Both the position numbers and the translations under genes were made by a program. DNA of 64,000 nucleotides from contig JAUCBJ010004629.1 of NCBI GenBank assembly GCA_032718475.1, forward strand, positions 31,720 to 95,719, written 5' to 3'. The notes beneath the pieces were generated by a model. The model saw only the letters and a list, made by a program, of their open reading frames with translations, searched no databases and had not been told where the DNA came from. This DNA is from Nemertoderma westbladi. Taxonomy: Eukaryota; Animalia; Xenacoelomorpha. Positions 50,701-63,734 of the stretch are shown here, in pieces (the first letter of the stretch is position 1; every line of letters starts with the position of its first letter).

Positions 50701-53700
50701 TCACCGCTAAACTCAGAGACAGCAGCTTATGTACCGGGAGGCAGAAATACGTGTGTTAGACCTATAATGGTACCGGCGGAACAGCAATATCGCCCACTGG
50801 GGTTCAGCCATAGCATTGCAGTAGATAGAAATATTCACTGTAGCATACTTGCTAGGCCTATTTATGGTAGCGGACTACAGAACAACATAATAATATAAAT
50901 ATGCAGCAACTAAACGACTAATGATAATAATAGAGAACAATATTATAATAATAATATAGATGATTTGGTAGGAAACCACTTTGGTAGGTACCAATAAAAT
51001 CAAATAATCCGCAATATAATGCATACAGTTCGATGTATAATGTTGGACAAAATAACATAAGAAACCTACAGAAACATAACAATAGAGATAATATAAATGC
51101 AAGTACGTGGACAGTCGATACTGAGATATGGGATGGTCAACAGCCGATGAAATACCAAACAAGGAAACAACTGGGGGTGAGCCATGCAGCAAGGCAAGGA
51201 TATGAGGGGAATGTGTACAAGGTAACGTCAACTATAACCCAATGACGAACGTGTAGGGCAATAGGTGTAGGGCAATCAACAAATGTTAGGGATGGCTTCG
51301 CTTATAGATGCATTAAAGACGAAGCTAGAATTGCCAGCGGTTGAACCGTTTAAATTCAATGGGAATAAACCAGAGGAGTATATTCGATTAAGGAAAATGT
51401 ACAGCAACGAGATTATGTCAAAGAGGATGACACATGCAGATTGTCTGAAGTATGTACAGGTATAAAGTGGAGGACCAGCATATAGTGCGACAACATCATG
51501 GCATGAAAGGATAATTTCTAGCTGCGTGGGAAGCTTTACATAGTGAGTATGGACATCCAGCAACAAAAATAATACAACAAACATTAAAAACAATAACAAC
51601 AACATCAGTAGCAGACAGTCCGACTAACATAAAAATATCCACAAATGAAATAAAAAAAAGCACTCATTACATTTACTTATTATTTACAATACTCTAAAAC
51701 TCGATATACCATGAGTTAAACTCATCCCAAAATATCAGAATGGTAGTAGAGGCATTACCAAAGTGGATTAGAAAAAAGTAGAGAGAAGAAGCTTTCAAAA
51801 CACGAGGGAATAAAGGTACGGAACCAGGTCTGGAAGAACTATCGAGATTCTTGAGTCACCAGGCCGAAGTGTTAACAGATCGGATATACAGGAAATAAAA
51901 TCTGATCAAACCCACGAAACCAGAGTACAAACCACATGTGGAACACAATCCAGGGAATCCGATGCTAAGAAAACAACAATAGCTACTGCATGCGACCATC
52001 CATAAGGAAAGCAACGCCGCGATGAACCAAGGATACCGCAGCAATTACATAGACAGAGGTAGAACATTTCAGACGAGCAACCAGAGGGGGTACACAAGGT
52101 ACCAAGCAGGGGGTGGAAGTAGAGCAGAAACAACAGATTGTCCTTCAATGATTGCACATGCAATTCAATTAAAATATTTCTGATTCATGGAATATAGGGG
52201 TGATCAAAAGTGTAAAATGTTAGTGTTCGATTTTAAAGTTTTTTACTACTGCACCATGCCATTTGAAAATTTAAGTTTTGTGTTGAACACCAATTTATTA
52301 AAAAAACAAAATTTATGTGGTTTCATCAAGCATTAATGTTTCTTTTTATAGCACAAACAGATGCCATAAACTCCAGATACGACTTGGAGCCAGTCAAACA
52401 AGTATACATCTTATGATCCAAAATTTTATGATAATGACGACCGCCATGATGCATTGGATCTTGCAGACACAATACAACGTTAATTTCCTATTTATTTTCT
52501 CCATCTACTCCTATAATGTTATATTACCACCAGATGCAGTTCTATCGAACTGAATAATTTAAAATATGTTCCATCACCGCAACCTATGCAAAAAGACCCT
52601 GCCCTACTGCTCCATGCCCCGTCATACCTAGCTTTTTAAGTGAGATTGTGAAGCGCATCGACTGACATCTTTCAAGTGTTGACCCCGTATTTATCGATTT
52701 TTAAAAACAAAATACAATACACCATACATTGTATGTAAATTTTCTTCAATGTAACATGATAGCATATTTAAGCTCTTCAGCATATTTCAAAAAATGAATG
52801 TGATACATATACATATTCCATAGAAATACGTTTTGAATAACAAGCTCATCTTCTAATAAGAATATTTAATGAGCGTCAATATTAGCTAGCTACTATGCGA
52901 GTCTATATGACTGACTATATGTAGGCTTAAATACTGGGAAATGAGGCTCTTCAGGTTAGGATGACGAAATTAAATTAGGGATGTTACGGTTTTGGGGATA
53001 TGGAATATCCTCCATCCATGCCTCGTGCACACTTAGTATCTACAGTAACCGGCACGTTAATCATTAAATTGATTACTTCCCTCCCAGAGAGTCCCCATGC
53101 ATATTGCAGTTGACTTCCTAATGATAACTCTTCATGGTTACAAACAAATTGTCTACACACGCAGGCTCAAAATTAGATTTTATTACCATTTACCGTGATC
53201 TATATATTTACTAGCTGGCTTTTTGATCAAATAGATAAGAAAGCTTACCTTGGTCTTAACAGAAAGTATTTTCCTACTGACTAAATTATGACAAATTATT
53301 TCAACACCCAATTAAATGTTTTTGGCACCAAAATTAATTATTTAACACGAAATACAGGATGTCCCAATAAATTTGATCAGATTTTAAAGTTTAATAACTC
53401 GTCACAATGAACATCAATCGCAGGGTGAACTTAGACTTTGGGAGTTGTTCTGGATGTGGTAGTTGCTATGGTAACTAATCAGATAAGTTTACATTAAAAC
53501 TGTATCTTGAGTGTTAAGATGTGAAATTTATTCGCGGAAATCCATAAATAATAACTTGTTTCCCTGTGAATAAACGACTATTCTAGAATGATATCTGTAG
53601 TTGTTACTAGAGTAGCCTATATTTCTGCAATGTTTAGAGAGGAACAAAAAGTTTTCATTGATAAAACCTACTACCGAAAGCAGTCTTCCAAGCTTACACA

Positions 53701-56700
53701 GTTAGAATTTTCTTACCAGTTCGTAGGTGTTCGGCGTCATACGATATCAGATATATCGCGTCTTGTAAGAAAATTTGAGAGTGAAAAAAAACTTTGTTAC
53801 ACAAATCAGGCTCTCAAAGGTCTTCGATTAGCCAAGAGAAAGTTTCTGCTATTAAAACTCACTTCCTAACATATCCAGAAACCTCTTTGCGCTTTATCCT
53901 CTATCAGAAAAGCAGATACCGGTAGCTCGCGAGAGCGGCTTTCACTGGGCATAATCTCTGAAGAATTTAAAAAGAGTTGACTCAATAAATTCGCTAAAAT
54001 CACGAAATGAAATTTGGGAAGAGAATTGAAGAAATTACCAATGTTAATTCATAGACGGTTCAATTTTACAGAACCATTTTACAGAAAATGTAGCGTATAG
54101 AAATGTCTTCTGTACAGGTTAGCATGGAAAATTGTAATACTTATATACCTGAGGATGGAAGGAGACTAAACCACATTACTATTTTATTGTATATACTTAA
54201 AACTAAATAATATTTAAACATAATTATGTAAATATTCATATTTATACCTCATATAAATAAACTATACATATAGATACGTATATTTATACAAAATACAGCA
54301 TTTGCATCGGTGCCTCTTGAGGGCTTAATAATAATAATAATAAATATTTATGCAAAATTATATAAATACACGTATTTATACAATACTATTCATTTATATT
54401 AGTATGTTAGTTATTAGTGTTTATTAGTATATTAGTATGATTAATCTACAAAAGGCCTATAATATTAACTTTCGATTTAGTAAAGAGGAAGATGACCAAT
54501 CAGATTCTCAGAGTGGTCCATATTTTAAGACACAGCAGGATTACAGTGGCCACATATCTAATATACTTTCTGGACTCATTGAGAACTATGATAGACATTT
54601 GAGACCAGGTGGTGGTGGTAAGTATTGCCAGTTTTATGTAACAAGTAGACAATAATTCATAAACTATTTCATTTAGATTTTGAAATTACACTGAAACCAT
54701 TGATTTGGAAAATTTGGAGAGAGTATCTTTTTTGAAAACAAAGTGTTAAATTTCCATTTGCAAAAGCATTTAACTAAAGAAAAACCGTTTCAATTTTAAT
54801 AACAGTTTACATTGGTAGAATTACGTCTGGTGGCTTCCTTCAAGTAATTAATTAAAAGGATCATGAACAGAATGTTCATGGTACTTGGTATTCTGTGCTA
54901 GCACACATTATGGTGTTTCACAGATGAATCGTCAAAGCAATTACAGCCAGTAAAAGATTGTGATACATGATACTGAAACTACTTCAAAGCCCTAAAGATT
55001 ACGATTAAATTCTCTCTAGAATTTAGAATAAGTCACATACAATACAAAGCGAGTGAATTCTACTGTTAAATTGGATATGCATAATTTATTTTAATTTATT
55101 TCTTCAATTTCTCAACCTTCTGGCTTTTAAAATGGGGAAATAATTCAGCAGACTTATACTGATAGTTGCTGTAACTTGAGACACCTACTGGAGATGGCAC
55201 TCTATATGGCTGGCTATAGGTGATGAACTAATAAAAAGTAATAAAAAATATATGTATACGGGAAATATTACACCAATGATACTGATTTTCTAGTAATTAT
55301 AAAATTCAAAATCAAATTATTGCAAATTGTGTAAATTGGGAGGGAGCTTCGTCTTCAGCGACTGAAACTTGCAAATATGGAAGACACAATAAATAGATAG
55401 GTATAATAACAATTCACACCGCATATACATCATAAAAAAATACAAATAATTTAACATTAAATATATATCAGTGTTTTATTATACATTGTACTAAAATACC
55501 TTTGTTTCACTATTTATTATTAGAATGAATCATTTATGTACTCATGAGTTAAATTTTTGGTGTGGTTACCATCTTTTTTGCGTGTGAATTTTTTGGGCAG
55601 CTGGTTATTTTATTTGGCCTGTTATTGTATATTTGGCCTAATTATTTAGAATTATGTTACTGTAGGCCTATATTATAATTCACAAACCAATTGTTAAAGT
55701 TATATATAAATTATATATAAATGGGTAAACTATTACACTCCATTCATTATTTGTACAGATCAATAGTTGAAGATATCTAGGGAGTAAACATCATCGTTAA
55801 GTAATTGTATTTAGCATTCTTCACTAAATTAGTTCAATATCATATTGCAGAGAGAACAATTATACAATCCAATATGAATATTCTCAGCATGGGACCACTA
55901 TCAGACTTTACTCAGGTAATTACTACTGTATAGTTTTATAGTGTATGAAATTCAGAAAATCTAAAACATATTAAAGGTGCCAATGTGATGCATATTGTTA
56001 GTTACTTTACAAATGAGGGTAGTAAATGATATTCAAGATAATTAGAGACCATGCTGGCTACCGTTTACAGCACCTACAGAATGACCAACAAACCGTTCCG
56101 ATTTAAACATTTTTGACCTAGTTTTGTGAAGCAAACTAAAGAATAATGTTAGTACTTGGTAAATGGTGCAAATTTGCTAACTTTGAAGAATTGAAGGTGA
56201 AAGGCGGTAAGAGTTCAAGGTATCAATTAATCAATCCCTTTTCTCTGCAAGTGCAACTAAGAATGCATTCATTGTGTTGTATGTATCCAGGGACCGTGGA
56301 AGCCATTCGGGCATCGATATATTGGTGGCCAGGGTGACTATGAATTGAAGACAGTGTCTTTGGTGGATCTTGTTATCTTGGTTAGACTCTGAATGAAGAA
56401 GGATTCCATGGCCATGTCATTCTCACTTTCCAGCAAGCAGTAAACAATTTTCGTTTACTTCAGGTTGGGCTGGGCAGAACAATGATCATCCTAGAAGGCA
56501 ATATCTAGGACCATCGGCAATATGTGTATGTATAGCACATATTAATCAGTGGTAGAGATTACGGCGTCAACCAGGAATTTCAGAAATAAAAATTAATATT
56601 AGTATTATATCCGGCTGACCACATGCTTATAACTTTATACACTACTACTGTAGCAAAATGAATTGTGACTAACAGTTAATTTAATGATAATAACAATGTG

Positions 56701-59700
56701 TTGGCAAGCTGTGTTTTCGAGGTGTTTGTTAGTTTACATTTATTATAGGAACTGATCTAGGGTATGGGTTCTTAAAGGTGTCCCAACCAACGTGGACGCG
56801 CCACCCCACATGATTATAAAATAGGTTGCATGGGTTCCTATGGGAGCAGCCCCGACCAACGCGTTAAGCGGACGCGTCAAAATAATTTTAAGTCTCGGAC
56901 CTATTTTGCGGACGTGTCAAAATTATAGAAAGCATTGAAGGGAGCCCCAACACACATGGACGCGTCACACGTCAAAGCCATTATCGAATAGTAATATGTA
57001 CAGTATTTGTATTAATATATTAGTATTAATATAACTGTACAATTAATTATACTGAGCAAATGATACTACTACTAGGATCGGCATGCTGCATTGCAGCTGC
57101 ATTTCCTAGAATGCTGTGCCGGCTTGTCGACAAAATTGCGCCGCCACAACTACCTATCACCCATGACATGTGCTAGATCATCCGCATTTTCGAGGCCAGT
57201 GTCCTTTAAGATGGGTCTCAAGATAGTCATGGGCTGTCCACCATGTTTATTCACTCCGTGAGGATGCCAAAGCACAAGATTATGCACTGGCTGGTCCTCA
57301 CGACGAAAGCAATGTCCTGCAAAGCGGAGGCGATTTTGTTCTAGTGTCAAGCTTCGGGGAACCAATGAGACACATCCAATGTAATATAGTGCCTGATTGG
57401 AGATGTGTGCATTGTACTTGACACAGTGAACCCGGCGTAGCATTCTTGTGAATGTGCCATCCAGTAAGCAACCGAGGGTGGACTCTCTATAGCCGAGGGG
57501 CACTTGTATAATAACTAATAATCACGAACCCCATCCTCTTATAATATATAACTCTGTAGTAGTCAGTAGCAGTAGTAGTAATCGCAGTAGTAGTAGTAGT
57601 ATAAGTAGTAAGTAATAGTAAAGGAGATCGGTTTAAACCAAAGTGATAAAGTAACATTATTATATAACATAATCATATAGACAAAGTAGAATAAGATACA
57701 GATTCATAATTATTTTATCAAACTCATGTACTACTTACTTCAATGTGCCAATTGTAATAATAATTAAACATATTATTCCGATTAATCTGCGTTTGGCCCT
57801 ATAAGATATTATACTGAAGTGTTTTATATCAATATATCCATGCGAGTAAACAAGAAGTGAAGTAAATGTTTATTATTATAGTTTTAGAAATTGAATGATA
57901 TACCCAAGATAGTGAAATAGATAATATACAAGAAATTGCCATTTGATCAGATATATCAAAGCGGCGTCTTTAGTATAATACCGTAATAGTATCAATTAAC
58001 TCTGTTATACAATGTGAATATACTAAATCTATTTATAAATATATTATGAGCCCTACATTGTATATTTCTCCTACAGGTAGACAATGTAGTATGTTAAAAC
58101 TTGATATAATTTGGTATAATGTATAACATATTACAAATAAGACTGAGGCAGCTAAACTATATTGCAAAGAAATCAAATATCCTAAAGTAATATACAAACC
58201 CTCCCTCCACCCTATAAATAGTGTTCACCACCTACCCCACCCACCGCCCTTATTACTTCATAATAATGAAAGATAGTACTGGCGCTCCGGTCACTCCGTT
58301 CCCTCCGCTGGGGGGGTTAAGTTGTAGGTTTTGACACTATGCAAAATCCGAGCACAGAGTTAGAAGCGCATTGGATGGCGAACATTTCTTGCAGTGAAAG
58401 TATCTCCATACCTATTATAGTTTTCGAGATAGTCAGACATGAGTAGCTAAAATTTGAATTTTTTTCGGTAAAGTCTGATTTCACCGGTACCTGTCATCCT
58501 AAATATGGATTGTGATATATCGTTAGATGCGGGTCCACTAACTGTACATTCACATATTTTCAAAGAAAAAATTCGATCAAGGGTTTTCGAAATATTTTCG
58601 AATTACCGGAAGCAGACTTTGGACGACCATATCTCCTGTACCGGTAGGCCTATTGAGTCGAAATTTTTTTTAATCTACTTAGAACACTCCAGTGAATGTT
58701 TTTTAGTTTGAAAGTTTTTCCCCAAAATGCTCAGAAGTAATTTCGAAAAAACTGATCATTTCGCGATCATGATCTTTTGAGCCCTAGAATTGAACTTTTT
58801 TATGCCCAAATTTTGGCTACCCCCCCTAATTCGAGGGTGAGGAATCTTTTTGTAATGTTAAGTTTTTTCATACGGTGAACTCACAGGACTTGGTCTTCGA
58901 AATAAAACCGAAAACATGATCTTTCCTGATCATGGCCAGATCAAATCGCTTTTTGAAAATTTTGAAATGCTCAAAAGTTGCCCCTTCTAAATAGAAGTCG
59001 ATTAGTAAAAAAAAAATCGGGGGTCTCAAACAAAGTTTTCGAGAAAATCGGGAAAAACCGAAAAACACGATCTTTTATGATCAGGAAGCTGATCTCGAGA
59101 ACTGGTTGCCCGATCGAGCCAATTTTTTTTTAATCAACTCAGAATATACCATTGCACATTTCTTACAATGAATGTTTATTAGAAAAATGCTTAGATTCGA
59201 TTTTAAATATACTGATCTTTTCGCGATCATGATCTTGAGTTTTGACCCACTAGACTTGAACTTTTTTATGCCCAAATTTTGGCTACCCCCCATAATTCGA
59301 GGGTGAGGAATCTTTTTGTGATGTTAAGTTTTTCCATACGGTGAACTCCCAGGACTTGGTCTTCGAAATAAAACCGAAAAAACGATCTTTTCTGATCGCG
59401 GCCTGATCAAATCGCTTTTTGAAAATTTCGAAATGCTCAAAAGTTGCCCCTTCATCATAGAAGTCGATTCGTAAAAAAAAAATCGGGGGTCTCAAACAAA
59501 GTTTTCGAGAAAATCCGAAAAAACTAAAAAATCTGATCTTTAATGATCAGGTATCAGATCTCGAGAACCGGTTGTCCGATCGAGCCAATTTTTTTTTAAT
59601 CGACTCAGGGCGGTGTTCTGAACGTTTCCTACAGTAATTGTTTATATCCAAAATGCTTAGTTACGATTTTACGAAGTCCGATCTTTGCGCGATCATGATC

Positions 59701-62700
59701 TTGCGTTTTGACCGGGAAGAATTCACTTTTTTTAAAATATTTTAACGGGAATCATGACTAATGTGGGGTCGCTGAATCTTTTTGTAATGTTAAGTTTTTC
59801 GATTGGAGCAAGCCTTGAGTGTCCGATCCCTGATCAAAACTGATCTTTGCTGATCACGGTCAAGATCTTGATCGGGCAACTTCAAACTCGAAGTTGTGAA
59901 GGTAAACCCATATGCTGCCTATCGATTGGCGCCGGTCACAACTCCGTAGCATTAGCCGTTTTGGCTGTAGCTCCATAGCAATGTGGTTGCTAGGGAAGCG
60001 GACTTTTTTACTCAAATTGGCCCTAGCCGGAGAACCGTAGACTTTTTTAACACATTATGTATGGCGAAAAGTTGTCTGGATAAATTTTGGGGGGGGGGGG
60101 TCTAGGAACATCCTATTGTTCGTTTTCGCTTAGTTGCTGAGATCCTCTCGTCCCCCAAATCCCAGGATTCTATAAAGGCATTCTGCTGGACTAGTTCCGT
60201 GGCCGGAAAAGTTGTCGGTGTTCTGCGAACAGAGAACCTAATCGGTTTAGGGCCCTGACCGTCCAGAGATTTGGTGTCCTCAGCAGTTAGAGCCCAGCAT
60301 GGACTCCCATAGAATACTGGAACTACTGCTGCTCTAAATAATCGGACCTTAAGTTTCCGATTAATTATATGTGACTTCCAAATCCTGGAAAGCCTAAGGC
60401 TACCCATGCCTTTCCCTTACGTATTCGAAGGTCCTCACCTGATTTCAGGATCCATGATCCCAGGTAACAGAAGTCTCCACATGCTCGAGCATACCAACCT
60501 TTGAGCTTATGCTCATCCGATCAGAGACTTGCTGAGGACTTTCAAAGTTTACTGTCAAAATTTTGGAGTTTTTATATAAACTATAGTGCAGGGCTGTAGT
60601 ATTTCTGCACTCTGCAGTCTTGTTGCTGGACTATGTGTGTGCTGGACTGCTAGGCTGAGAGATAATATTACAAATGAATAAAGAAGAAGAAAATTATAGT
60701 GCTGGTACAGCAATATTGAGTATTGTATGTCATGAAGTTAAAGTTACCTGCGTATAAAGATATTGGATTGAAGGAGAAGTATGGGGGGACTATAGCAAAA
60801 CACCTGGCGACAGACATAGAGTATAATTAAATCATGATAATTATTGTTATAATGTTTTAATTATAACAATAATTATAGTTTCGAAATTAATATTTAAAAA
60901 CCAGCTCTCCCTCTTATTGCTTTTGACGAGTCCGCTTGATGCGTCGGCGTTGCTTGGGGCTCCCCCTTTCTTTAACCTCGAATGATAACTTTATTTTACC
61001 GAAAATAACTTATCTTTTATTGGCGCAATTGTAGGACTAATCCCATCACATGCGTACTTTGCCAGTAAGGTCGAATATGGGATATTAATTTCAATATGAA
61101 ATTTACGCTATTCCTCAATTTGTACACTACCCGGTTAAAAAGTTCGCATGTGATGAGATTAATTCAACATTATTGCACCAATAAAAAGATAAGTTATTTT
61201 CGGTAAAATAAACTTATCATTCGAGGTTAAGACCCATAGATCAGTTCCTATAAGTTAATTTATTGCAAGATCGTCATAACAAGGAAGGTAGTGGAATTAA
61301 GATGGTCGTTGGTTTATTATAGTTTCATAAGGTTTAAATTAATAAACGTTTAAAGCATAAATCAAAAGAATGTGTAGATATATTTCGGTTGAAATTTAAA
61401 TAAACTCAATTTGTTAATGGGAAACGTTTCACTATGTATAGGTATTTGATTAAAATAAATTCCTGTAAAAAATGGCAAGATTAATATCACACATCAGTGT
61501 GAGCTATAAGTTAATCAATATGGGAAGATTTAATGCCAAACGAATCAAACTAATTTCTCCTAAACTGCAGAATTTACTTTTTCTGCCAATAAATAACAAT
61601 TATGGCATGCTGTAATCCTGAATGAAATTTTGAAAGAACAACCAAATTTCTTCAAATGCATGCATTGTGATGTTGATATACAGTAGTGAAATGTAGATAA
61701 TTTTTCTTTTCAGGAATTCACCTTTCAATGTTTCTTCCGTCAATATTGGACTGACCAACGTTTGGCATTCACTCCCCCGTTCAAGCCAAACAGTACAACA
61801 GAAACATTATCTCTTCTATCGATTAGTACAATAATGCTACAACAAGTCTGGATACCTGATAGCTTCTTTAAGATGAATGGACTAACATCTTATGTCCATA
61901 CCATGACTGTTGCAAATAAATTGTTTCGGATCAACAAAGATGGCAACATCACATACAGCCAAAGGTTTGTGCAAAGTCGCCTATGCTTCAAAGGACTTTG
62001 CTTTCGCCGTGATGACCAGCCTGTGTGTGCACAATGTTGGCATTTGACAGCCTCATGCGAGAAAATAGGCTTGGGGAACAACCCATGGCTTTCTTGAGAC
62101 GCCTCTTAAAGGACACTAGCCTGCCTTGAAGATCCGGATATTCTCGTGAAAGTCTTGGGGGATAGGGAGTTGTGGCGGCACAATTTGTTAATAAGCCGGC
62201 ATGATAAACAGGAATGGCATCCTATAGTTTTGTATAACAAATTTGTTGAGTTGTTCAAATTATCTGGAGAATTAGAAAATAATAAAGTTTTATGACATAA
62301 ATTAATTAATTTTCATGGAGTGAAATATAATGAGTATATATAGAAATGTAGATTCAGGCAAGATTACAATATGACTGGAAGAAACAATTAAGGTAAGGAA
62401 GGTAAGGAAATTAAATGAAATTAAACGAACTCAGATGTGCTACGTAATAATAAGGCATCGGGGGCATCTGCTGAAAACACCCGAACGAAACAGCGCAGTG
62501 CGATACAATGCAATTTCTTGAATTGTATCGCATTGTTCCCAATAATGCAGTTTCTTGTGCGATCAGGAATGCTAGTTTCATTTCAAGCACTAAATAAAAG
62601 CTCCAAAGACCCACTAATACTGTCCTTGAATTCTTTCAAGTCTTAAATAAGCAACTAATTATGTGGAGAAATTTCCCACCTCATTTCCCTAAACTTTGTT

Positions 62701-63734
62701 CCTATCTATAGTCCATACAGCTATAAAGAGTAATCCACGGATGCAGTTATTCTCTATGGGCCAGTTGCGGATGAACACAATTATTTTAGTGCGAAGACTA
62801 ATAGGTTATTACATCCTATACCAATGGGATACAATGACACACGGAACTAATTATTTTTTCACGGGGACTCCTACAAAGAAATAAATTACTAAGGTGAATA
62901 ATTTCAGGAGCTCAAAATCAATGACTAGAGCCCATTCAAAATGTAGGAACCAATCACGTGTTTGTATCACGTGATACATCCAATCACCTGTTTGTATCAC
63001 GCGTCAGAAATACCAAATTCATGTGCATTATGAAGAAGTTATTAGCAAATGTTTTAGGAATGACTTGGGATAGCGGTAGCTGGAAATACATATCCGCAAG
63101 TGTCTGCAGGGTGGGGCTGCCTTCCTGCTGTCAATGATATCTTACCGAGGTTGTACAATGTTATCATTGTACATATATTTATGAGCATTGTAATGCCATG
63201 TCAATATGTCTCTTAATTACAGTACAGAGTCGCTGACCCAATAGTATAAGACGGACTATGAGTAATCCTCGGTTATCCATCAAAATACAGCGCTGTCTTA
63301 TCAACCAAATTGCGCCGCCACAACATTCTATCACTCATGCGTGACTTTGGTGAGTTTATCCCCATCTTCAAAACCAGTGTGTCCTTTAAGAGGCTTCAGA
63401 AGAAAGTAATGGTGTGTCCACCATGCATATTTTATACATGAGGCTGCTAAAGCACAAGATCGTGTACTGGCTGGTCCTAGTCAGTGATCCATAGTTCACA
63501 CATTCTTACTTATACCAGCAATCAGCCATATAAAATTCTTTACAGGAACACATTATCTAACGTTTACACATTTAGCACTGAATCTTTACCTTCTTTACCG
63601 TCTAATCTTTATTAGTATACTATTAGCTGTGAAATGATAATTACATTACAGACTAACTGTTTCAAACCGCTGTGAAATGAAATTTCACAACTTTCCTATG
63701 GACACGCAGATCTGCTTCGTCGCGTTTGGAAGTG
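41686..63734 (+). CDS. GABRA: GABA-A receptor alpha/GRD(CG8916)-like subunit gene, 5' part (continues beyond the window)
   Basis: join(41686..41753,45784..45891,54481..54617,55851..55915,61714..61964,63652..63734,...) with GT-AG introns and compatible phases. Motifs: YDRHLRP, LSMGPLSD, CFFRQYWTDQRLAF, WIPDSFF, NKLFRI, Cys-loop CEMKFHNFPMDTQIC, FGS. Confidence 0.85.
42230..45575. repeat. Long palindromic (foldback/MITE-like) element whose right arm is split by a LINE
   Basis: 42234-42472 pairs with 42917-43149 plus 45517-45570. Confidence 0.65.
43150..45516 (+). mobile_element. RTE-group LINE (APE endonuclease + RT), 5'-truncated, internally deleted, frameshifted
   Basis: EN motifs CYSPT, GDFNA, QIDHIL, SDHRL. 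RT motifs [34 protein letters not shown]. (TAG)n tail and 11-bp TSD gttgtcaccgt (43139-43149, 45517-45527). Confidence 0.92.
45784..45891 (+). CDS. GABA-A alpha-like exon 2 (acidic N-terminal extension)
   Basis: Splice sites ctttcag / gtaagt, 108 nt, phase 2-2. Encodes FVPIQFEEEFDDAFNDTDTPKKIGQQKYMRSITTY. Confidence 0.65.
45902..46141. repeat. (ATACT)n microsatellite
   Basis: Seen directly. Interrupted by an AT-rich stretch. Confidence 0.95.
47110..47235. repeat. 60-bp tandem duplication
   Basis: ttatcataatgtactataac..cccaccccacaac occurs twice. Confidence 0.9.
48435..52160 (+). mobile_element. BEL/Pao-like LTR retrotransposon remnant (5' LTR 48435-48857 + decayed gag)
   Basis: LTR bounded by TGTTAC..GTAACA. 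An E/R-rich coiled-coil stretch is followed by LPAVEPFKFNG.KPEEY, LPKWIR and PGLEELSRFL, resembling BEL gag. No pol or 3' LTR was seen. Confidence 0.6.
53355..53950 (+). mobile_element. Tc1/mariner remnant (left end + N-terminal HTH, DUF4817-like)
   Basis: TA-CAGGATGTCCCA terminus. From 53630 it encodes MFREEQKVFIDKTYY..FSYQF..ISRLVRKFE. Confidence 0.65.
54481..54617 (+). CDS. GABA-A alpha-like exon 3
   Basis: Encodes ..HISNILSGLIENYDRHLRPGGG. Donor gtaagt. Confidence 0.92.
55851..55915 (+). CDS. GABA-A alpha-like exon 4
   Basis: Encodes (E)RTIIQSNMNILSMGPLSDFTQ. Confidence 0.9.
57062..57464 (-). mobile_element. RTE-group LINE 3' part (continues at 60260-60570)
   Basis: (CTA)n tail at 57062. 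Encodes [22 protein letters not shown]. Confidence 0.85.
58590..59830. repeat. About 470-bp tandem subrepeats (~2.5 copies) inside a non-autonomous DNA element
   Basis: cgcgatcatgatctt recurs at about 58762, 59222 and 59688 with colinear flanks. Confidence 0.8.
60260..60570 (-). mobile_element. RTE-group LINE fragment
   Basis: Encodes [26 protein letters not shown]. Confidence 0.85.
60976..61226. mobile_element. piggyBac-like MITE
   Basis: TTAA on both sides. About 80-bp TIRs cctcgaatgataa..ttatcattcgagg. Confidence 0.8.
61714..61964 (+). CDS. GABA-A alpha-like exon 5 (loops D, A, E)
   Basis: Encodes EFTFQCFFRQYWTDQRLAF..VWIPDSFFKMNG..NKLFRINKDGNITYSQ(R). Confidence 0.93.
61972..62200 (+). 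mobile_element. RTE-group LINE 3' fragment
   Basis: tgctttcgccgtgatgaccagcc..gatagggagttgtggcggc. Confidence 0.75.
63300..63478 (-). mobile_element. RTE-group LINE 3' fragment, diverged
   Basis: aaattgcgccgccacaac..aagcacaagatcgtgtactggctggtcc. Confidence 0.65.
63652..63734 (+). CDS. GABA-A alpha-like exon 6 (Cys-loop, 83 nt)
   Basis: Encodes LTVSNRCEMKFHNFPMDTQICFVAFGS. Missed by the ORF track. Confidence 0.93.
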
